From NCBI GenBank assembly GCA_021814165.1, contig JAKAIX010000001.1, positions 77,623 to 141,622 on the forward strand: DNA of 64,000 nt, in the 5' to 3' direction. How positions within the stretch are numbered: the first letter of the stretch is position 1; each line of letters starts with the position of its first letter. This document shows positions 18,038-28,277 of this stretch, one piece after another. The position numbers were made by a program, and so were the translations under genes. This stretch comes from a bacterium (GTDB lineage: Bacteria; Patescibacteriota; Minisyncoccia; UBA6257; GWB1-50-10). The notes under the pieces are model-generated. The model saw nothing but the letters and a program-made list of their open reading frames with translations. It ran no database searches and was not told where the DNA came from.

Positions 18038-19837
18038 ATGAGCGCCCCCTCAAAGAGAACCTGTCAGGCATGCCAAAAGGAGTTTGCTGTCGAATCCGAC
18101 GATATTACGTTCTACGAAAAAATGCGAATTCCCGCGCCTACATGGTGCCCGGAATGCAGAACAGTACGAAGGATGAGCTGGCGTAACGAGCGCTCGTGGT
18201 ATCGGCGCACGTGTGATGCAACCGGAAAGCCGGTCCTGTCCATGTTCCGGCAAGAAAGCGGTTATAAGGTATACGAGCAGAATTATTGGCGATCTGACGC
18301 GTGGGACCCACTCGAATATGGCAAGGATGTCGACGTGACGCGGCCTTTTTTGACGCAGTTTGGAGAGTTATTAAAAGCGGTTCCGGAACCGAATTTAATT
18401 CAGAAAAATCTCGTAAACAGCGAGTATTCGAATATCGCCCTCAACTTGAAAAATTGTTATAACTGCATCGGCATCGACGGAGGAGAAGATTCGGCGTATT
18501 GCTTTAGCGGTATTCTCGACATACAACATAGTTTTGACATCTACCAAGCCACCAGTACCGAATACTCGTACGAACTGATCGATTGCGTAAAATCCAACAG
18601 CGTGCGTTTTGCGCAAAGCTGCGAGGGATGTGTCGACTCGTGGTTCCTTTATGATTGCAGAAATTGCACGAATTGCATCGCATGCGTCGGCCTCCGAAGC
18701 AGGCAGTATTGCATCCTAAACCGCGAGTACCAGAAAGAGGAGTATGAGAAAGAACTCGTAAAACTCGATCTCGGCAGCTATCGAAAGTTGCAGGAACTTA
18801 ATGCAAAATTTGAAGAACTCAAACTCCGCGTGCCGCGCAAATTTGCGACCATTATAAAATCGGAGAATGTTATCGGCGACAATATCCGAAACAGTCGTGA
18901 CGCACGTGGCTTCGATATACGTGATAACGCGGAGCATGTTCGCTATTCTTATCGCGTGCACCATAACTGCTCCGATATCTGGGATGCGATAGTCGCCTGG
19001 AACGGAGCGGAAGAAGAATGCGAAGCGATGAGTTGCTCGGGAAAACGAATCGTATACTCCGCATTGATTTGGGGTGGATTCGATGTCCAATACTCGTATA
19101 ATTGCTTCGACTGCAATAACATATTCGCGTGCGTCGGTCTTCGGAGCAAATCGTATTGCATTCTGAACAGGCAGTACTCGAAAGAAGAATATGAGACGCT
19201 TCTCCCGAAGATTATCGAGCACATGAACATGATGCCTTACGCCGACAAGCAGGGGAGAACATTCGGATACGGTGAATTCTTTCCTCCGGAGCTCTCTCCG
19301 TTTGCTTACAACGAAACGATCGCTCAAGAGTATTTCCCTCTTTCAAAAGAAGAAGTGGAACGCAAAGGATATCAATGGAAAAATCCCGAAATACGAAATT
19401 ATCAAATGCAAATCAAGAATGATCAGTTACCCGATCACATAAGGGATGTTCCGGATGCGATAGCGAGTCAAACCGTCGAATGCGGACATAAAGGGATATG
19501 CATTCACGGATGTACTACCGCTTTCAAAATAATTCCCGAAGAACTCGGGTTCTACAAAAAGACGGGGATTCCCTTACCTCGTCTCTGCCCAAACTGCAGA
19601 CATTGCGAACGCCTCCTAAAAAGCAACCCCTTGAGATTATGGCACAGGAAATGCCAGTGTGGAGGAATGGAATCAGGAATTAGGAATCAGGAATTAGGGA
19701 AAACGCCGAATTATCGGAATACTGCCACCCACTTCCACGGCGATAAACCGTGCCCGAATGAGTTCGAAACAAGCTACGCCCCCGAGCGGGCAGAAATTGT
19801 CTACTGCGAATCATGTTATCAATCGGAAGTGCTATAA
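18038..19837 (+). CDS. Cys-rich (CxxC) ~600-aa protein of unknown function, paralog 1
   Basis: CQAC, PTWCPECR, WDPLEYG, C..C..CVGLR.KQYCILN repeats, GEFFP.ELSPFAYNE, LPRLCPNCRH, VYCESCY. Confidence 0.9.
   Translation: MSAPSKRTCQACQKEFAVESDDITFYEKMRIPAPTWCPECRTVRRMSWRNERSWYRRTCDATGKPVLSMFRQESGYKVYEQNYWRSDAWDPLEYGKDVDVTRPFLTQFGELLKAVPEPNLIQKNLVNSEYSNIALNLKNCYNCIGIDGGEDSAYCFSGILDIQHSFDIYQATSTEYSYELIDCVKSNSVRFAQSCEGCVDSWFLYDCRNCTNCIACVGLRSRQYCILNREYQKEEYEKELVKLDLGSYRKLQELNAKFEELKLRVPRKFATIIKSENVIGDNIRNSRDARGFDIRDNAEHVRYSYRVHHNCSDIWDAIVAWNGAEEECEAMSCSGKRIVYSALIWGGFDVQYSYNCFDCNNIFACVGLRSKSYCILNRQYSKEEYETLLPKIIEHMNMMPYADKQGRTFGYGEFFPPELSPFAYNETIAQEYFPLSKEEVERKGYQWKNPEIRNYQMQIKNDQLPDHIRDVPDAIASQTVECGHKGICIHGCTTAFKIIPEELGFYKKTGIPLPRLCPNCRHCERLLKSNPLRLWHRKCQCGGMESGIRNQELGKTPNYRNTATHFHGDKPCPNEFETSYAPERAEIVYCESCYQSEVL
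19669..19696. repeat. Heptamer tandem repeat inside a CDS
   Basis: GGAATCA GGAATTA GGAATCA GGAATTA; absent from the paralog at 31120-32907. Confidence 0.85.
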
Positions 19838-19844
19838 TAAAAGC

Positions 19845-20114
19845 ATGAACAAAAAACTCCTTATAGCAACCATAGTCGCCCTCTTACTCCTCGCCGGGGG
19901 ATACTGGTATTGGAAGAGTACTACCGCCCTCACGCCGGAGGAGCAGGCGCTCAATAAGGCGAAAGAAGCAGCGGATACGCTCACAAAAAATACCACGCAG
20001 GGAGTGATTCCATCCCTGGATGTCAATACAAATCCAGCGGGCAATCTTCCCGACACCAATCCGGTTAATAAAACCAACCCGTTTTCGGACGTTAAAACAA
20101 ATCCTTTTCGATAA
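19845..20114 (+). CDS. Small membrane-anchored protein
   Basis: MNKKLLIA TM followed by NP-rich tail (TNPV..TNPF..KTNPF). Confidence 0.75.
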   Translation: MNKKLLIATIVALLLLAGGYWYWKSTTALTPEEQALNKAKEAADTLTKNTTQGVIPSLDVNTNPAGNLPDTNPVNKTNPFSDVKTNPFR

Positions 20115-20143
20115 AGGTCTTCTCATTTTTATTTTCAACAATC

Positions 20144-22174
20144 ATGAAACAACGATATGTAATAAGTGCGTGTCTTTTGGGAGTAAGCGTTCTTATCGGA
20201 GCGGTACTCATCGCTCATAATGTCTCGGCGCAGACGACCGCGACTTCACCGGCCGCAAGCATTCAATATCCGGTAGCGGAGCTCGGCAACTGCGCGAATG
20301 AAACCGCATGCCGCGCTTACTGCGACGACGCGGCGCACACGGATGCGTGCCTCGCGTTTGCCGAAAAACATCAACTGATGTCCCAAGACGAACTTCAAAA
20401 AGCGAAGAAATTCACGGATATAAAAAAAGGCCCCGGAGGATGTACCACAAAAGAATCATGCAAGAATTACTGCGACGACATTTCTCACATCAACGAATGC
20501 GTGGCATTTGCCGAACAGAACGGAATGATGTCGGGAAATGAACTTGCGGAAGCGAAAAAAGTACAGGCGGCGATCGCAAAGGGGGTGAAACCGCCCGCAT
20601 GCAGCGGCAAGGACAAATGCGACGCGTATTGCAGTGATCCTTCCCATATGGAAGAGTGCGTTGCATTCGGAAAAGCGGCGGGACTTATGAGCGATCAGGA
20701 AATTCAGGATTCGGAGAAAGTGCTTGCGGCCATCAAACAAGGAGTGAAGCCGCCCGCATGCCGCGGAAAAGAGGAATGCGATAGCTACTGCAGGGATGCG
20801 GCACACATGGAGGAGTGTATGACGTTTGCGAAGGCCGCGGGATTCATGAGCGCGGAAGAAGCCGCGCAATCGGAAAAGATGCTCCAGGCAATAAAAAAAG
20901 GAGTAAAGCCCCCGGCATGTAACGGCAAGGAAGAGTGCGATAAATACTGCAGCGAGGAGAGTCATATTGAGGAGTGTATTGCATTCTCGGAGGCTGCCGG
21001 CTTTATGACCCCCGAAGAGGCGACTATGGCGCGGAAAACGGGCGGAAAAGGCCCCGGAGGATGTACGAGTAAAGAAGAGTGCGAGGCGTTTTGCAATAAT
21101 CCGGCAAATCAGGAAACGTGCTTCAATTTCGGAAAAGAACACGGGATGATTCCCGCGGAGGATCTTCGGAGAATGGAAGAGGGAAAACAACAGCTTACTC
21201 AGACATTAAACCAAGCGCCTCCCGAAGTGATAACCTGCATCTCAAACGCGGTGGGAAACGATACTCTTGAAAAAATCAAAAGTGGCGCCGTGATGCCGTC
21301 CCAAGATCTGGGAGACAAGATGGGTAAATGCTTTCAACAAATAATGAGTAAGGGCACCGGCGGTCCGGGAGAGGGCGGTTTTGTTCCTCCTCAAGGACAA
21401 GCAGGCCCCGGAGGATGCAAATCCGAGGAAGAATGCAAATCCTACTGTACTTCGCATCCCGATGAGTGTAAAAACTTCGGACCGGCGCGAGAGCGCCAGG
21501 ATCAGGGAGCTCCCGGAAATTCAGAGGGCGTGCCGGGAGGAATGATGATACCGCCGGGCCAAAGCGGTCCCGGAGGTTGTAAGAATGCCGAGGAGTGCCG
21601 ATCATTCTGCGAATCGAATCCGGATGCATGCGCGAACTTTAAACCGGGAAACGGACCGCAAATCAGAACGGAGCAAAGACAGGAGATGATGACGCGAGAC
21701 GGATCCGAAGAAGGTAAAAGCGGACAAAAAGAGGTGAGGAATCGGATTGAGATGATGCCGGGAGTACCGCAAGGCATGATTCCAGGCGACGGAAAGACGA
21801 TACAAGAATTTTTTGGAAACATGCCGATCAACACCTTGAATCCCGTGTGTCCGCCCGGAGCGCCGTGCGGTCCGCAAAACGCACCGGGAGGAAATCTTCA
21901 ACCGGGAACGGAGGTTCAACAAAATAACATGATGCCTCCGGGGGGACAAGGGATGCAACAACCCCTTCAGCAGTTTCAACCGCCGACAGCCCCTCCGTCT
22001 CCGGGAGGCCAAATAATGGGACCTCCTCCGGGCGGCGAAATGATGAATCAACAACCGCCAGGCAGCGGCGGACAAATGGCGCCTCCTCCTACTTCCGGAA
22101 CCCAACCGCCTGCCGGAGGAACGCTTTATCAAGCATTTCAATTTCTTCTGAACGGAATTACAGGAACGAGATAG
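20144..22174 (+). CDS. Secreted Cys-repeat protein with Pro/Gly/Gln-rich C-terminus
   Basis: Signal peptide; about 8 repeats of C-x4/5-C-x2-[YF]C-x6/7-C (GPGGC.../KPPAC...). Confidence 0.88.
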   Translation: MKQRYVISACLLGVSVLIGAVLIAHNVSAQTTATSPAASIQYPVAELGNCANETACRAYCDDAAHTDACLAFAEKHQLMSQDELQKAKKFTDIKKGPGGCTTKESCKNYCDDISHINECVAFAEQNGMMSGNELAEAKKVQAAIAKGVKPPACSGKDKCDAYCSDPSHMEECVAFGKAAGLMSDQEIQDSEKVLAAIKQGVKPPACRGKEECDSYCRDAAHMEECMTFAKAAGFMSAEEAAQSEKMLQAIKKGVKPPACNGKEECDKYCSEESHIEECIAFSEAAGFMTPEEATMARKTGGKGPGGCTSKEECEAFCNNPANQETCFNFGKEHGMIPAEDLRRMEEGKQQLTQTLNQAPPEVITCISNAVGNDTLEKIKSGAVMPSQDLGDKMGKCFQQIMSKGTGGPGEGGFVPPQGQAGPGGCKSEEECKSYCTSHPDECKNFGPARERQDQGAPGNSEGVPGGMMIPPGQSGPGGCKNAEECRSFCESNPDACANFKPGNGPQIRTEQRQEMMTRDGSEEGKSGQKEVRNRIEMMPGVPQGMIPGDGKTIQEFFGNMPINTLNPVCPPGAPCGPQNAPGGNLQPGTEVQQNNMMPPGGQGMQQPLQQFQPPTAPPSPGGQIMGPPPGGEMMNQQPPGSGGQMAPPPTSGTQPPAGGTLYQAFQFLLNGITGTR

Positions 22175-22180
22175 AAAAGA

Positions 22181-22211
22181 AAAATTATCGAGGCCGGGCC
22201 TCGATAATTTT
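22181..22211. repeat. REP-like palindrome
   Basis: AAAATTATCGAGGCCGGGCCTCGATAATTTT. Confidence 0.9.
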
Positions 22212-22234
22212 TATGTGGAGTTTATAATGGAGAT

Positions 22235-23140
22235 ATGAAGGATATCAAACCGGAATTCGTTGAAATCAAAACCAAAGATGGTCTTCTTCTGCCGGGGCTT
22301 TTATACGAACCAAAACACGCGAAAGCGGCGGTAATCTATCTCCACGGAAACGGAAGCTCTTCCGTTTTCTACAAAGGAAAAGAAAATTATCCTGTCATTA
22401 CTGCATTACATAAAAAGGGGATTGCTATTCTTTATTTTAATAACCGCGGTGCGCATATCATTAAGGGGTTGAATATAAACCGCAAAGGAAGAGCAAAGAG
22501 GAAATATTTTGGAATGGCATACGAGCAAATCAAAGAATGCGTACCGGATATCGACGGAGCGGTATCATTCCTGAAGCAACGCGGTTATAAGAAGTTCTAT
22601 CTTATGGGCGCTTCGACGGGAGCGAACAAAATCTGCATCTATAGCTTCTACAAACCGAGGAATGAGATAAGTAAATATATCCTGCTCTGCGGCGGGGACG
22701 ACACCGGTATCTACTACCGCGCACTGGGGAAGTCGAGATTCTGGAAACTTCTCGCCGAGGCGAGAAGAAAAAGAAACAAAAAAGAAGGATTGAAATTAAT
22801 AACCGACGCATACCCGACGGATCTTTTCTCATATAAAGGATTTTACGATATCGCGAATCCGGACGGGGATTATAACGTATTTCCGTTTCTTGAAGCGCTG
22901 GGAAAAGTGAAACTTTCGAAAAAACCCCTTTTCCGTCATTTCAAGTCGATAAAAAAACCGGCACTCGTCATGTACGGAGACAAAGATCAATTCTCATGGA
23001 AAAAAGACGTATACAAAGCGGTTGAACTCTTAAGAAGCTATCGGCCGGAACTTACTTACAAGGTTATTAAAGGAGCTGACCACGGATTTAAAGGCCATAC
23101 GAAAGAACTCGCGAATATCATCGCGAACTGGTTGGGATGA
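22235..23140 (+). CDS. Alpha/beta hydrolase
   Basis: YLHGNG, GASTG nucleophile elbow, YGDKD, GADHGF. Confidence 0.88.
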   Translation: MKDIKPEFVEIKTKDGLLLPGLLYEPKHAKAAVIYLHGNGSSSVFYKGKENYPVITALHKKGIAILYFNNRGAHIIKGLNINRKGRAKRKYFGMAYEQIKECVPDIDGAVSFLKQRGYKKFYLMGASTGANKICIYSFYKPRNEISKYILLCGGDDTGIYYRALGKSRFWKLLAEARRKRNKKEGLKLITDAYPTDLFSYKGFYDIANPDGDYNVFPFLEALGKVKLSKKPLFRHFKSIKKPALVMYGDKDQFSWKKDVYKAVELLRSYRPELTYKVIKGADHGFKGHTKELANIIANWLG

Positions 23141-23148
23141 GTTACCCA

Positions 23149-23175
23149 CAATTCAGCCACGGCCTCGATAGATTG
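23149..23175. repeat. Degenerate REP-like palindrome
   Basis: CAATTCAGCCACGGCCTCGATAGATTG; right arm matches the family. Confidence 0.6.
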
Positions 23176-23192
23176 AACTCAGGAGTTACAAC

Positions 23193-24449
23193 TTAAAAAC
23201 GGTGTAGTTTCTTATGAAGTCCGGGAATGGAGGTTTCCTGCTCGAGGAGCCCCATCTTTCCCCGCATGGAGTAGAAAACAAGCGACAATATTCCCATAAG
23301 ACAAGCGAGAAGGAAAAATGACATCCGTGTGCCCTGGGAATCGATGAGTATTCCGATAATGAGCGGTCCTATCAGGCTTCCCATATCGTAAATGCTCCTC
23401 ATGACGCCGCTTACTCTTCCGAAATGCTCCGGCTGGGAGTATACGGTAATGAGTTCGTTATTGCCGACGGAAAGCAGTTCGATCACGATGCCGATGCAGA
23501 ATGCGGCAACCACTTTCCACCAATACGCATCGACGACGGCGAGAGAAGCGAAAAGGAAGGTAAACCCCGCGAGTCCGTAGAAAAACGTTTTCAGTCCCTT
23601 TACGTCAAACCATTTCCCGAGTATCCATCCCAAAAGATAGGGGAGTGCGAACATCACGCCGACCAGAATCGTCTTGCCGTACCCCGCCCCGTCGTTATAC
23701 ACCTCGATGGGAAGAAAGAACGCGACGACCGCGCTCGAAAACGCGATAAAAAAATTGAACATCGCGACTCCTTTGAGTTGCCAATTCCACTTTCCGATCT
23801 CATACCACGCCTCGCGGTATGCTCTCCTGAGTTTTCCCTGCACGCCCGGCTTCTCAATCGACTCCTCGTTTTTACGGAAAGACCAGACGAGCAAGAATGC
23901 GATAACTGACGTAGGGGCAATCATGAGAAGTAAAACGGGAATTGAAAAATACTTAATGAGAATCATTCCCGCAAGCGCCGCGGCAACCCACCAGAAATTC
24001 GAGATGCTGTCGAAGTAGCCGAATATCGTCGCAAGTGTTTTCGGGGAATCGTGGCGCCTGAAGTACGTTTCCCGCCCCACGGCATCGAACGCGTACGTAA
24101 GCCCGTTCAATCCTCTCGCAAACACGATGAAAAGAGCAACTCCGGTTATCCCCGCAAAGAAATAAGAAATGCCTACCAAGGGGTAGAGCGCAAGACCGAT
24201 CAGAATAAGCGAAGTAGCGCGAAAACGATCCGCCGCCATTCCTACGACCGGAAGCGCGAGAATGAATACGATGTCATATACGGATCTCAAGAGTCCGGCC
24301 TCGGCATAAGTGTTCCCGAACGAAAAAATGAAGACGGGAAGAAGGGATTCGGCAAAACCCCATCCTATCCATCGTATCGCGGTCGCATAGGTCAAAATCC
24401 GCACTCCGCGGGGTATCGGCGTATCAAACAACTTTTTGAAAATTCCCAT
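23193..24449 (-). CDS. MFS transporter
   Basis: About 12 TM; GMAADRF and GKWFDVKG motif-A-like loops. Start ATG 24449. Confidence 0.88.
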   Translation of the reverse strand: MGIFKKLFDTPIPRGVRILTYATAIRWIGWGFAESLLPVFIFSFGNTYAEAGLLRSVYDIVFILALPVVGMAADRFRATSLILIGLALYPLVGISYFFAGITGVALFIVFARGLNGLTYAFDAVGRETYFRRHDSPKTLATIFGYFDSISNFWWVAAALAGMILIKYFSIPVLLLMIAPTSVIAFLLVWSFRKNEESIEKPGVQGKLRRAYREAWYEIGKWNWQLKGVAMFNFFIAFSSAVVAFFLPIEVYNDGAGYGKTILVGVMFALPYLLGWILGKWFDVKGLKTFFYGLAGFTFLFASLAVVDAYWWKVVAAFCIGIVIELLSVGNNELITVYSQPEHFGRVSGVMRSIYDMGSLIGPLIIGILIDSQGTRMSFFLLACLMGILSLVFYSMRGKMGLLEQETSIPGLHKKLHRF

Positions 24450-24538
24450 AAACTCCAAAAGAAGGATTGACGAACAGTATACAGCAAGAACAGTGGGAAT
24501 TCTACCTACCTTCATTTTGGTATATACTTGAGAAAAAC

Positions 24539-26377
24539 ATGTGCGGCATCGTAGGCTACATCGGTAAAAGGGAAGCGGCACCCGTGCTCCTCGACGGACT
24601 GAAACGCCTTGAATATCGCGGATACGATTCGGCCGGCATCGCGATCTTGAAAGAAGGAAATATCAACGTGGCGAAGGTTGTGGGAAGAGTGAAACAACTC
24701 GCCGAATCGGAACAAATGCCCGCACTTCGGGGCACGACGGGAATAGCGCACACAAGATGGGCAACCCACGGCAAACCGAGTGAACGGAATGCGCACCCGC
24801 ACGGCGATTGCACCAGCACCATCTTCGTCGTTCATAACGGCATCATCGAGAACTACAAAGAACTAAAACACAATCTCGAGGAAGAAGGCCATGTCTTCAA
24901 ATCGGAAACCGACACGGAAGTCGTCGCGCATCTCGTGGAAAAATTTAAAAAGGAGGGAAACGATCTCGAAACCTCGGTAAAAAAATCTCTGAAGCTCGTG
25001 AAAGGCGCATATGCCATTCTCGTGATGGCGGAATCGGAACCCGCGACGCTCGTTGCCGCTCGTCTCTCGAGTCCTCTCCGGATAGGCATGGGGCCGGATG
25101 AATTCATTGTCGCTTCTGATCCCTCCGCGATACTGAACTATACGCAAGAAATTGTCACTCTGCATGACGAGGAGGTAGCGGTACTCAAAAACGGAGAATA
25201 TACCATCACCAGTTTGAACGGAGACAGAATAATCGACCGCGAGGTGGAAAAGATAGAATGGGACCTGGAGCAGGCGGAAAAAGGAGGGTTTCCTCATTTT
25301 ATGCTCAAAGAAATATTTGAGCAGCCCGAGACGATAGAAAACAGCCTGCGCGGACGCGTAATCGTGGACGAAGGACTCGCGAAGCTTGGGGGACTCGATA
25401 CCGTAAAGGACGAATTACGCGACATCGAACGACTGACGATCGTCGCGTGCGGTACGGCGTACTACGCGGGTCTTGTGGGGGAGTATATGATTGAGGAATA
25501 CGCGGGATTACCGGTCGAGACCTGTATCGCCTCGGAATTCAGATACCGAAAACCGATCCTCATACCCAAGAAAGACGCCGTGCTTGTACTAAGCCAGTCG
25601 GGCGAAACGGCGGACACGCTTGCTGCCGTTTCGGAAGCGAAGGAAAAGGGAGTGCTCTCCCTCGGAATCGTGAATGTCACGGGGAGCACGATCGCGCAGA
25701 ATACCGACGCGGGAATCTATAACCACGCGGGACCCGAGATCGGCGTCGCATCGACCAAGGTGTTCGTCTCCCAGCTTACCGTACTCTCGCTTCTCGCGCT
25801 CTTCCTCGGCAGACAACGGCACATGTCGCTCACAATGGGAAAGAGAATTGCCGAAGAGCTTTTGAAAATTCCCGATCACGTGAGGAGTATTCTCACCATG
25901 GACGATTCGATTCTTACAATCGTGAAACGCTACGTTAACTACCCCGACTTTTACTTTCTGGGACGCAAGTACAATTACCCGATAGCGCTCGAAGGGGCGC
26001 TGAAGCTTAAGGAAATTTCTTACATTCATGCCGAAGGAGGATCCTCCGGAGAATTAAAACACGGTCCGATCGCCATGATTGATCCGAACTTCCCTTCCCT
26101 GTTCATCTGTCCCAAGGACAGCGTCTACGAAAAGAATTTGAGTAATATGGAGGAAGTGAAAGCGCGACAAGGGAAAATCATCGCGATCGGAACGGAAGGG
26201 GACGGTGAACTGGGGAAAATTGCCGATGACGTCATTGTTATTCCGAAGACGCTCGAGATGCTGACACCCATTCTGAGCGTCATTCCGCTTCAGCTTTTTG
26301 CATACCATGCAGCCGTCCTCAAAGGAAAGGACGTCGACAAACCGAGAAATCTCGCGAAGAGCGTAACGGTGGAATAA
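24539..26377 (+). CDS. glmS: Glutamine--fructose-6-phosphate aminotransferase
   Basis: MCGIVGY, RGYDSAG, HTRWATHG, SQSGETAD, PRNLAKSVTVE. Confidence 0.98.
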   Translation: MCGIVGYIGKREAAPVLLDGLKRLEYRGYDSAGIAILKEGNINVAKVVGRVKQLAESEQMPALRGTTGIAHTRWATHGKPSERNAHPHGDCTSTIFVVHNGIIENYKELKHNLEEEGHVFKSETDTEVVAHLVEKFKKEGNDLETSVKKSLKLVKGAYAILVMAESEPATLVAARLSSPLRIGMGPDEFIVASDPSAILNYTQEIVTLHDEEVAVLKNGEYTITSLNGDRIIDREVEKIEWDLEQAEKGGFPHFMLKEIFEQPETIENSLRGRVIVDEGLAKLGGLDTVKDELRDIERLTIVACGTAYYAGLVGEYMIEEYAGLPVETCIASEFRYRKPILIPKKDAVLVLSQSGETADTLAAVSEAKEKGVLSLGIVNVTGSTIAQNTDAGIYNHAGPEIGVASTKVFVSQLTVLSLLALFLGRQRHMSLTMGKRIAEELLKIPDHVRSILTMDDSILTIVKRYVNYPDFYFLGRKYNYPIALEGALKLKEISYIHAEGGSSGELKHGPIAMIDPNFPSLFICPKDSVYEKNLSNMEEVKARQGKIIAIGTEGDGELGKIADDVIVIPKTLEMLTPILSVIPLQLFAYHAAVLKGKDVDKPRNLAKSVTVE

Positions 26378-26388
26378 GCGCTCGAAAA

Positions 26389-27417
26389 TTATTTCGCCTG
26401 CGATTCCAAAAACTGCAGGGTTTTTTCGTTCCTAAGCATCTCCGTGACGTAACGGAAAAGCGTAAGCGGATCCACGTCCCGATAGCGGGAGGAAAGCACC
26501 GCCGCTTCGGCTTTAAGCTCGTCCTCGGTGGGTTCGATATGCTCCTCTTTCGCGATTGCTTCGAGAAGCATTTTCATCTTGAACTGCCGTTCGATCGCTT
26601 CACGTTGCACATTCAAAAACTCCTCCTCGGTCTTCCCGACGCGAGTGAAATAATCTTCTTTCGTGATACCGTTCTTATTGATTTCTTCGTACAATCCGTC
26701 CCGCACCGCCACAAGTTCATTCTCCACGAGGAGAGAGGGGACGGGAAACTTGGCGGCGGCGGTAAGTTCTTTCGCGAGTTCCTCCCGTTTTTTCTTTCTG
26801 AGCTCGAGCTCTTTTTCGAGCACGATGTTCTCCTTCAATTTTTTCTTGAGATCTTCAACATTTTCAAAAGCACCCAGCGATTTTACAAACTCGTCGGTAA
26901 GTTCGGGGGGCGTTCCTCCTTCCTGCCCCCGAAGGCGACGCAACTCTTCAATTACTTCCTGGACCTGTTCATCCTTAACCTCGATCGGCTCTTTCCCTTC
27001 TCCCATAACCTTCTTCGCGATCTTCTTATAGTCGGGAAGTTTGATCTCGGGCTGTACGCCTACCTGAAGCGTAAACTCAAGCGGATTTCCGAACGCGAGC
27101 TTTGTCACCTTCACGTCGGGAGGAGTGATGACCTCCAATTTGAAATCTTCGACAATCAAGGGGTACACGTGACGGAGCGCCGAGTTGGCGGCTTCCTCGA
27201 GAAGAAACGAGGCCTTCGTTCCTTTCTCGACCATCATTTCCGGCACGTGGCCTTTTCTAAACCCCGGCGCTTCGAAGTCCTTTTGAAGTTCTTTGATGAC
27301 GGCTCGTTTATGCTCGTCGAGAACTTCCGCGGTAATCGAGCCCGAGATTTCTATCACGGCGTTTTTCTCCTTGCCGACTTTCACGTCGGTATACGGTTTT
27401 CTTGCTTGTTCTTCCAT
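26389..27417 (-). CDS. tig: Trigger factor, short form
   Basis: PGFRKGHVP ribosome-binding signature; 342 aa, FKBP domain apparently absent. Confidence 0.88.
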   Translation of the reverse strand: MEEQARKPYTDVKVGKEKNAVIEISGSITAEVLDEHKRAVIKELQKDFEAPGFRKGHVPEMMVEKGTKASFLLEEAANSALRHVYPLIVEDFKLEVITPPDVKVTKLAFGNPLEFTLQVGVQPEIKLPDYKKIAKKVMGEGKEPIEVKDEQVQEVIEELRRLRGQEGGTPPELTDEFVKSLGAFENVEDLKKKLKENIVLEKELELRKKKREELAKELTAAAKFPVPSLLVENELVAVRDGLYEEINKNGITKEDYFTRVGKTEEEFLNVQREAIERQFKMKMLLEAIAKEEHIEPTEDELKAEAAVLSSRYRDVDPLTLFRYVTEMLRNEKTLQFLESQAK

Positions 27418-27458
27418 AAGTCAGGAGTACTATACTGCATTTGCTACAATAAAGAAAG

Positions 27459-28277
27459 ATGAAACATGAATATATTATCAAGAAAGCATCCGGTGAAGAA
27501 GAGCCGTTTTCAAAAGAAAAACTAAGATATTCCCTTGAAAAGGCGGGAGTCGTTGGTTCCGTTGCCGATCGCATCGTCGCGCACGTAAGCCAGGAGGCAA
27601 AAAGAGGAATGCGCTCTTCGGATATCCACCGGCACGTCATGAATCTCTTAAAGCGTGAGACAAAAGGGCTTGCCGCCCGTTACAACCTGAAGCGGGCAAT
27701 CATGGATTTGGGACCTACCGGGCACCCGTTTGAAAAATTTATCGGAGAAATTCTTGAACTGCAGGGGTACGTCACAAAAACAAACGTTATCGTCCAGGGA
27801 AAATGCGTCACTCACGAAATCGATGTGGCCGCCTCGAAGGAGGAGCGGCGGATTATGGTAGAGTGCAAGTTTCACAACCAGCAGGGAACCAAGTCGGATG
27901 TAAAGATTGCGCTTTACGTCTACGCGCGATTTAAAGACGTCGCCTCCCGGTTCAATGAGGCGTGGCTCGTCACCAACACCAAACTCACTTCGGACGCGAT
28001 ACGTTTCTCAAACTGCAGCGGCATGAAAGCGATCGGATGGAGTTATCCGAGAGACGGGAGTCTGCAACATCTCGTCGAAACGCTCGGTCTTCATCCCATT
28101 ACGTGCCTTACCACTCCCACGAGAGAGGAGTTGCGCGCGCTCGTCGAACACGGCATCGTACTCGCGAGGCAACTTGATCGGACCGAAACAATACGAACCG
28201 CGATCGGAATCTCTGAATCCCGTGCGGCACGAATACGCGATGAAGCGCTTGGGTTGATCGGTTCTCCGAAAAACTAA
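27459..28277 (+). CDS. ATP-cone plus PD-(D/E)xK restriction endonuclease-like protein
   Basis: IIKKASGEEEPFSKEKL ATP-cone start; PFEKF, EIDVAA, VECK, VTNTK.T Mrr-like motifs. Confidence 0.82.
   Translation: MKHEYIIKKASGEEEPFSKEKLRYSLEKAGVVGSVADRIVAHVSQEAKRGMRSSDIHRHVMNLLKRETKGLAARYNLKRAIMDLGPTGHPFEKFIGEILELQGYVTKTNVIVQGKCVTHEIDVAASKEERRIMVECKFHNQQGTKSDVKIALYVYARFKDVASRFNEAWLVTNTKLTSDAIRFSNCSGMKAIGWSYPRDGSLQHLVETLGLHPITCLTTPTREELRALVEHGIVLARQLDRTETIRTAIGISESRAARIRDEALGLIGSPKN

Noticed and set aside
24450-24538. glmS ribozyme
   Set aside because: Only about 90 nt separate the divergent MFS and glmS starts, and no ribozyme core is recognisable.
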